From an uncultured SAR86 cluster bacterium (GTDB taxonomy: Bacteria; Pseudomonadota; Gammaproteobacteria; Magnimaribacterales; TMED112): a stretch of DNA of 64,000 nt. The DNA is taken from the NCBI GenBank assembly GCA_902610995.1, contig CACLXU010000001.1:47207-111206 (forward strand), read 5' to 3'. Shown piece by piece: positions 59,518 to 64,000 of this stretch (positions are counted from its first letter, which is position 1; each line of letters starts with the position of its first letter). The translations under genes were made by a program, and so were the position numbers. The notes below the pieces were generated by a model that saw only the letters and a list, made by a program, of their open reading frames with translations, did no database searches and was not told the DNA's origin.

Positions 59518-60567
59518 ATGTACATAACAGACAATAGCAGGATACTTTCGAGGGAGGAGCTCTCTACTCCAGAGGAAATAATCGATGAGATACCAATATC
59601 AAAAGATGTTTCAAAGCTTGTTTTTGGTGCTAGAAGGAATGTAAGTAAAATCCTTCATAACCTTGATGATCGATTGATTGTAGTTGTTGGCCCTTGTTCG
59701 ATACATGATCCTAAAGCAGCAATTGAGTATGCACAAAAACTCAAAGATTTTACAAGCAAAGTTGAAGATGAAATTCTTATAATAATGCGGGTTTATTTTG
59801 AAAAACCTAGAACTACAGTGGGATGGAAAGGTTTAATTAACGATCCCAGACTGGATAACTCATTTAAAATCAATGATGGGCTGAGAATTGCAAGAAAATT
59901 ATTAAGAGATATTGCAGACATTGGTCTTCCAGCTGGCACAGAGTTTTTGGATCTTATATCTCCACAATATATTTCTGATTTAGTGAGTTGGGGTGCAATA
60001 GGAGCTAGAACCTCTGAAAGCCAAGTTCATAGAGAATTAACGTCAGGGCTATCGTGTCCTGTTGGCATAAAAAATTCAACTAATGGAGAGTACAAGCCAG
60101 CTATTGATGGCATCAAGTCAGCTCAATATCAACATGTGTTTTTAGGCACTACAAAAAAAGGGAAAGTAGCAATTTTTAAAACATCTGGAAATGATGATAC
60201 CCATATCATTCTTAGAGGGGGGAAGAAACCAAACTACGATAAAAGCGCTATAATTGATTGTGTGAGCCAATTAGAAGGCTCAGATGTAAATCCCAATATA
60301 ATGGTAGATTTCAGCCATGGAAATTCCATGAAAAAACATGAAAACCAAAAGAAGGTCTGCCTAGATATATGCAAACAGCTAAAAGATGGCAATAAAAACA
60401 TTGTTGGAGCGATGATTGAAAGTCATCTAAAGTCAGGAAACCAAAAAATTTCCGAGGATATGGAATATGGAAGAAGTATAACTGATGCCTGCATTGACTT
60501 TGAGGAAACAAAAAACCTTCTCACAGCATTATCTGATGCTGTGAAGGAAAGGAGAAAAATTGAGTAA
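59518..60567 (+). CDS. aroG: DAHP synthase class I-alpha
   Basis: GPCSIHD, RVYFEKPRTTVGWKG, IGART.ESQVHR, MVDFSHGNS, SITDAC; the feedback isozyme type cannot be determined. Confidence 0.93.
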   Translation: MYITDNSRILSREELSTPEEIIDEIPISKDVSKLVFGARRNVSKILHNLDDRLIVVVGPCSIHDPKAAIEYAQKLKDFTSKVEDEILIIMRVYFEKPRTTVGWKGLINDPRLDNSFKINDGLRIARKLLRDIADIGLPAGTEFLDLISPQYISDLVSWGAIGARTSESQVHRELTSGLSCPVGIKNSTNGEYKPAIDGIKSAQYQHVFLGTTKKGKVAIFKTSGNDDTHIILRGGKKPNYDKSAIIDCVSQLEGSDVNPNIMVDFSHGNSMKKHENQKKVCLDICKQLKDGNKNIVGAMIESHLKSGNQKISEDMEYGRSITDACIDFEETKNLLTALSDAVKERRKIE

Positions 60568-61369
60568 GCTCTTCAAGTTCGAAAAAGAGGTTGCTCAAAA
60601 CATTGGCCTTGTAAAATCGATACTTTACCAGTTTATTAAAGAGCAGAAGAAAAAAATTAATTTAAATGAAATAGTAGAAGAATTTTCTTTTTTATCTCAA
60701 GACGAAATTGTGAGTGCTATTTCGGATCTATCAGACAAAGGTCTTATTGATTTTAATCACCATAAAGAACAAATTTCTCTAAAAACTGATTTCTTAAAAA
60801 AGAAAACTTTAGCCCCCTCGTATCGTCAATCAACAAGGATTGAATCTGACTGGCAACCTTCAGATGATGTTTATGAAATTCTCAAACGCTCTGGTATTGA
60901 AGAAGTATTTATAGATGGCTTAGTTGATGAATTCATTGTTTACTGGAAAGACAGACCATCTGCTTTAATTTCTTTTAACTCAAAGTTTATTGAATACGTC
61001 AGAATAAAATGGGCTCAACATACCGCAGAAATTGATACAAAAACTAGCCCTACAGTTATAGATAAAAGCTGGAAACCCTCATCAGACTGCTTTGACATTA
61101 TAAAGATGACAGGAATTTCCAAAGAATTTGCAGAAAAACTTTTGCCGGAATTTATTTTGTACTGGAAAAACGATGGAAGAGCTTTTATATCTTGGGATAT
61201 AAAATTTTTAGATTTTATTAAAAACAAGTGGAATTTTGAAACAGAATCCTCATCTAATGGAAGTGTTCAAAAATTTGACTTTTATAACCCTTATGAAGAT
61301 GATACACAAGTTAAAAAAACTAAGGATATTGCCAAGCTTAAAGAGCTCAGAAACAAATACAAGATATAG
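60560..61369 (+). CDS. Protein with an N-terminal winged-helix-like region and two tandem DnaT-like ssDNA-binding domains
   Basis: Two repeats: WQPS...LKRSGI...VDEFIVYW...FNSKFIEY and WKPS...IKMTGI...LPEFILYW...WDIKFLDF. Confidence 0.7.
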   Translation: MSKLFKFEKEVAQNIGLVKSILYQFIKEQKKKINLNEIVEEFSFLSQDEIVSAISDLSDKGLIDFNHHKEQISLKTDFLKKKTLAPSYRQSTRIESDWQPSDDVYEILKRSGIEEVFIDGLVDEFIVYWKDRPSALISFNSKFIEYVRIKWAQHTAEIDTKTSPTVIDKSWKPSSDCFDIIKMTGISKEFAEKLLPEFILYWKNDGRAFISWDIKFLDFIKNKWNFETESSSNGSVQKFDFYNPYEDDTQVKKTKDIAKLKELRNKYKI

Positions 61370-61404
61370 CAACTTTTTTAGCAATTTTGGAGTAGTAAGA
61401 TAAT

Positions 61405-62403
61405 ATGAATAAGAAAAATTTACGTATGGCTGGTCTGATTGTCGGCGGTGTTCTTATATGGATGCTATTAGGATTATTCGCGCCTGCTGAAAATGAATTT
61501 GGAGGAAGACAAGCTACAAAGATAACAGTTCTAACAAAGAACTCCTCAGCTACTGATTATAGATTGCCAATTTATACCAAGAGTGAATCTGAAGCTTTTT
61601 CAAAGGTTGAGGTCAAATCCCAGACATCAGAAAAAATTATCAATATGCATTTCAGCGATGGAGATTTTGCAAAAAAAGGTGAAATTATTTGTGAACTTGA
61701 TTCTGGACAAAGACTGGCTAACTTTAAGAGAGCTGAAATTGAGTTTAACTCACAAACTGAGCTTAAAAAGAAGGGATTAATATCCGATTCTGCATTGGTA
61801 AGCGCAGAAACCAACTACGAGAGCGCAAAAATAGAACTTGAAAGAACAAAAATCTCAGCGCCATTCGATGGTTTTGTTGAGGATCTTGCGAAAGAGGGAC
61901 AGCTTCTACAAAATGGACAGAATTGCGCAAGAATAATTTCTTTATCCCCTCTTAAAATTGTAGGAAATATACCAGAAATATTAGTTTCAAAAGTTGAGGT
62001 TGGGCAAGATGTTGAGATCAAATTCTTGTCAGGCCAACAATATAACTCAAAGGTAACTTTTTTGAGTAGAGGAGCTGATAGTCAAACTAAAACCTTCAGA
62101 GTTGAATCAGAATTAATCAATACCGATTACTTAATAAAGGATGGTTTAACTGGTGAAATGATTATTTATACTACTCCTGTCAAGGCGCACTTTGTTCCAA
62201 CATCTGCATTTTTGCTAGCCGATAATGGTGATGTTGCTCTTGCCCAAGTAAATGATGGAAAAGTCAAGATCTCAGTAGTTAATATTTTAAGAGATACAAA
62301 AGAGGGTGCATGGATTACAGGCCTTGATGATAATGTAAGGATAATAGTCTCAGGGCAAGGATTTGTTAAACAAGGTGAAGAAGTTAACTTTTTGGATGGG
62401 TAA
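61405..62403 (+). CDS. RND efflux periplasmic adaptor (membrane fusion protein)
   Basis: N-terminal TM; lipoyl halves (GD..KKG / ISAPFDG); TKTFRVE; W.TGL...IIVSGQ. Confidence 0.92.
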   Translation: MNKKNLRMAGLIVGGVLIWMLLGLFAPAENEFGGRQATKITVLTKNSSATDYRLPIYTKSESEAFSKVEVKSQTSEKIINMHFSDGDFAKKGEIICELDSGQRLANFKRAEIEFNSQTELKKKGLISDSALVSAETNYESAKIELERTKISAPFDGFVEDLAKEGQLLQNGQNCARIISLSPLKIVGNIPEILVSKVEVGQDVEIKFLSGQQYNSKVTFLSRGADSQTKTFRVESELINTDYLIKDGLTGEMIIYTTPVKAHFVPTSAFLLADNGDVALAQVNDGKVKISVVNILRDTKEGAWITGLDDNVRIIVSGQGFVKQGEEVNFLDG

Positions 62404-64000
62404 ATGGGTATAGTCTCATCGGCAGTAGGTAAATTTAGAACAACATTATTAATAATGCTTTTCTGCATTATTGCAGGTGTTCTTGGTAGAACAAGTATGC
62501 CAATTGCCTCAAATCCTAACGTCACTTTTCCGTGGGTAAATATTTCTGTTTTTCTGGAAGGTGCCTCACCAGAGGATATGGCGAGACTTGTTGCAAAGCC
62601 CTTAGAAAATAGAATGCTAAGGCTTGAGGGGCAAGAAGAAGTTTTTTCAGTAAACTCTCAGAGCTTTACTTATGTCCGTATTAGATACGATGTCGATTAC
62701 GATATTGATCAGGCTGTCTTAGATGTAGAACGTGCTGTTTCTGAAGTAAGAAATCAACTCCCTCCTGAGGCCGAGGATCCTAGGGTTATGGAATTTGCAG
62801 ATAATGACCAACCAATTCTCGTTTATAGCGTTTATGGGTTTGCAAATCTGAGATCTGGTTTTTTAATTGCTAAGGACATTCAAGAAAGACTTGAAAAAAT
62901 ACCAGGTATTCTTGAAATTGAAATTGATGGCGTTCCAGAAGAACTATTAGAAGTAGTAGTTTCTAGACCAAAACTAGAAACTCTCGGTGTTGGTCTTTTA
63001 GAGATAGGAAATGCAGTAAGATCGAACAACGTTCTAATTCCTGCTGGTTTTCAAGATACTGGTTCCGGAAAATTTGCCGTTGAAATTCCAAGCGTTTTTG
63101 AAAGTAGAGATGATGTATATAACCTTCCAATAAAAGCATCAGGCTCAAAAGTAGTTACGCTTGGTGATGTTGCTGATATCAAGAGAACTTTTAAGGATCC
63201 TACAAGCTTTTCAAGAGTGAATGGATTTGATGCAATAACTCTCTCTATACAAAAACGTGTTGGTTTTAATGAGCTTGATATTGCAAATACTGTTAAGGCA
63301 GAGATTGAGTCTATCAGAGATGAATATCCTCCCACACTAAGAATAGAGCCGGGTTTAGATACAACTCAATTTGCTAGTGATATGGTAAGCGAGCTTGAAG
63401 GCAACATAATTACTGCAGTTGTTTTAGTAATGGTTCTTGTTGTTGCAACACTTGGATTAAGAAACGGATTGATTGTGGGAATAGCAATACCATTTTCTTT
63501 TCTAGTGACATTTGGAGTTCTTCATTATCTGCTTGATTATGAGTTCAACTTCTTGGTAATGTTTGGAATGCTGTTGGGCCTTGGGATGCTTATTGATGGG
63601 GGGATAGTTATCGTTGAATATGCTGACAAACTAATTGATAGCGGACAAGACAGAAAAGAGGCATACGTAAATTCTGCAAAACGAATGTTTACTCCGGTTG
63701 TTGCTTCAGTGTTAACAACTGTAGCAGCATTCACTCCTTTAATGATTTGGCCTGGGATGTCAGGTAAATTTATGAGATATTTGCCAATTACAGTTTTTGT
63801 TGTTTTGATGGCATCACTTGCATATGCTTTAATATTTGCACCAGTAATCGGCTCTCTATTTGGTAGACAAAAGAGAGAGACTGACCTACAAAATGATTCT
63901 GATAATACTGTAATTAAAAGAAACTATCGAAAAGCTATAGGTTTTGCAGTCAAAAATCCAATGGAAACAATTTTTTACACTCTATTTTTAGTGCTTTTTG
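62404..64000 (+). CDS. AcrB/AcrD/AcrF-family RND permease; 3' end runs off the window
   Basis: Translated by hand: GASPEDMARLVAKPLE, AIPFS, GMLIDGGIVIVE, TTVAAFTPL, GKFMRYLP. Confidence 0.93.
   Translation, partial: MGIVSSAVGKFRTTLLIMLFCIIAGVLGRTSMPIASNPNVTFPWVNISVFLEGASPEDMARLVAKPLENRMLRLEGQEEVFSVNSQSFTYVRIRYDVDYDIDQAVLDVERAVSEVRNQLPPEAEDPRVMEFADNDQPILVYSVYGFANLRSGFLIAKDIQERLEKIPGILEIEIDGVPEELLEVVVSRPKLETLGVGLLEIGNAVRSNNVLIPAGFQDTGSGKFAVEIPSVFESRDDVYNLPIKASGSKVVTLGDVADIKRTFKDPTSFSRVNGFDAITLSIQKRVGFNELDIANTVKAEIESIRDEYPPTLRIEPGLDTTQFASDMVSELEGNIITAVVLVMVLVVATLGLRNGLIVGIAIPFSFLVTFGVLHYLLDYEFNFLVMFGMLLGLGMLIDGGIVIVEYADKLIDSGQDRKEAYVNSAKRMFTPVVASVLTTVAAFTPLMIWPGMSGKFMRYLPITVFVVLMASLAYALIFAPVIGSLFGRQKRETDLQNDSDNTVIKRNYRKAIGFAVKNPMETIFYTLFLVLF

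Noticed and set aside
1..64000. CRISPR arrays, rRNA, tRNA-Gly, toxin-antitoxin or restriction-modification genes
   Set aside because: No spaced repeats or recognisable motifs were found; intergenic gaps are short and I inspected them individually.

Overview
AT-rich, very gene-dense bacterial DNA with many 1-4 nt gene overlaps. The core gene order is gammaproteobacterial (gyrA-serC-CM-tyrA-aroA-cmk-rpsA-pyrF; ubiG-mupP-yciK; scpAB-rluB), which fits a streamlined marine lineage such as SAR86 (inference). Positions 1-28.1 kb are a surface-glycan island punctuated by tRNA-Leu(UAA) and tRNA-Cys(GCA). It holds Wzy/Wzz, glycosyltransferases and a legionaminic-acid-type pathway whose CMP-synthetase is frameshifted at an A10 tract. 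It also holds an inverted 8-gene cassette (aldolase, KdsB-like, HAD, FAH, SDR, 2-hydroxyacid dehydrogenase, sulfotransferase-like, methyltransferase) that looks like an uncharacterised pathway to a second CMP-activated keto-deoxy sugar acid. Next come a metY-metX-metK-ahcY cluster led by a SAM-II-type riboswitch, a small three-gene accessory cassette, and housekeeping genes. Notable core-genome oddities are a Phe-tRNA synthetase missing both the alpha N-terminal arm and the beta B2 domain, a 5-domain S1, and recurrent -10 hexamers 6-7 nt before start codons that suggest leaderless mRNAs. I saw no CRISPR array, rRNA, integrase or transposase. All protein family calls come from motif recognition by eye, not from database searches.
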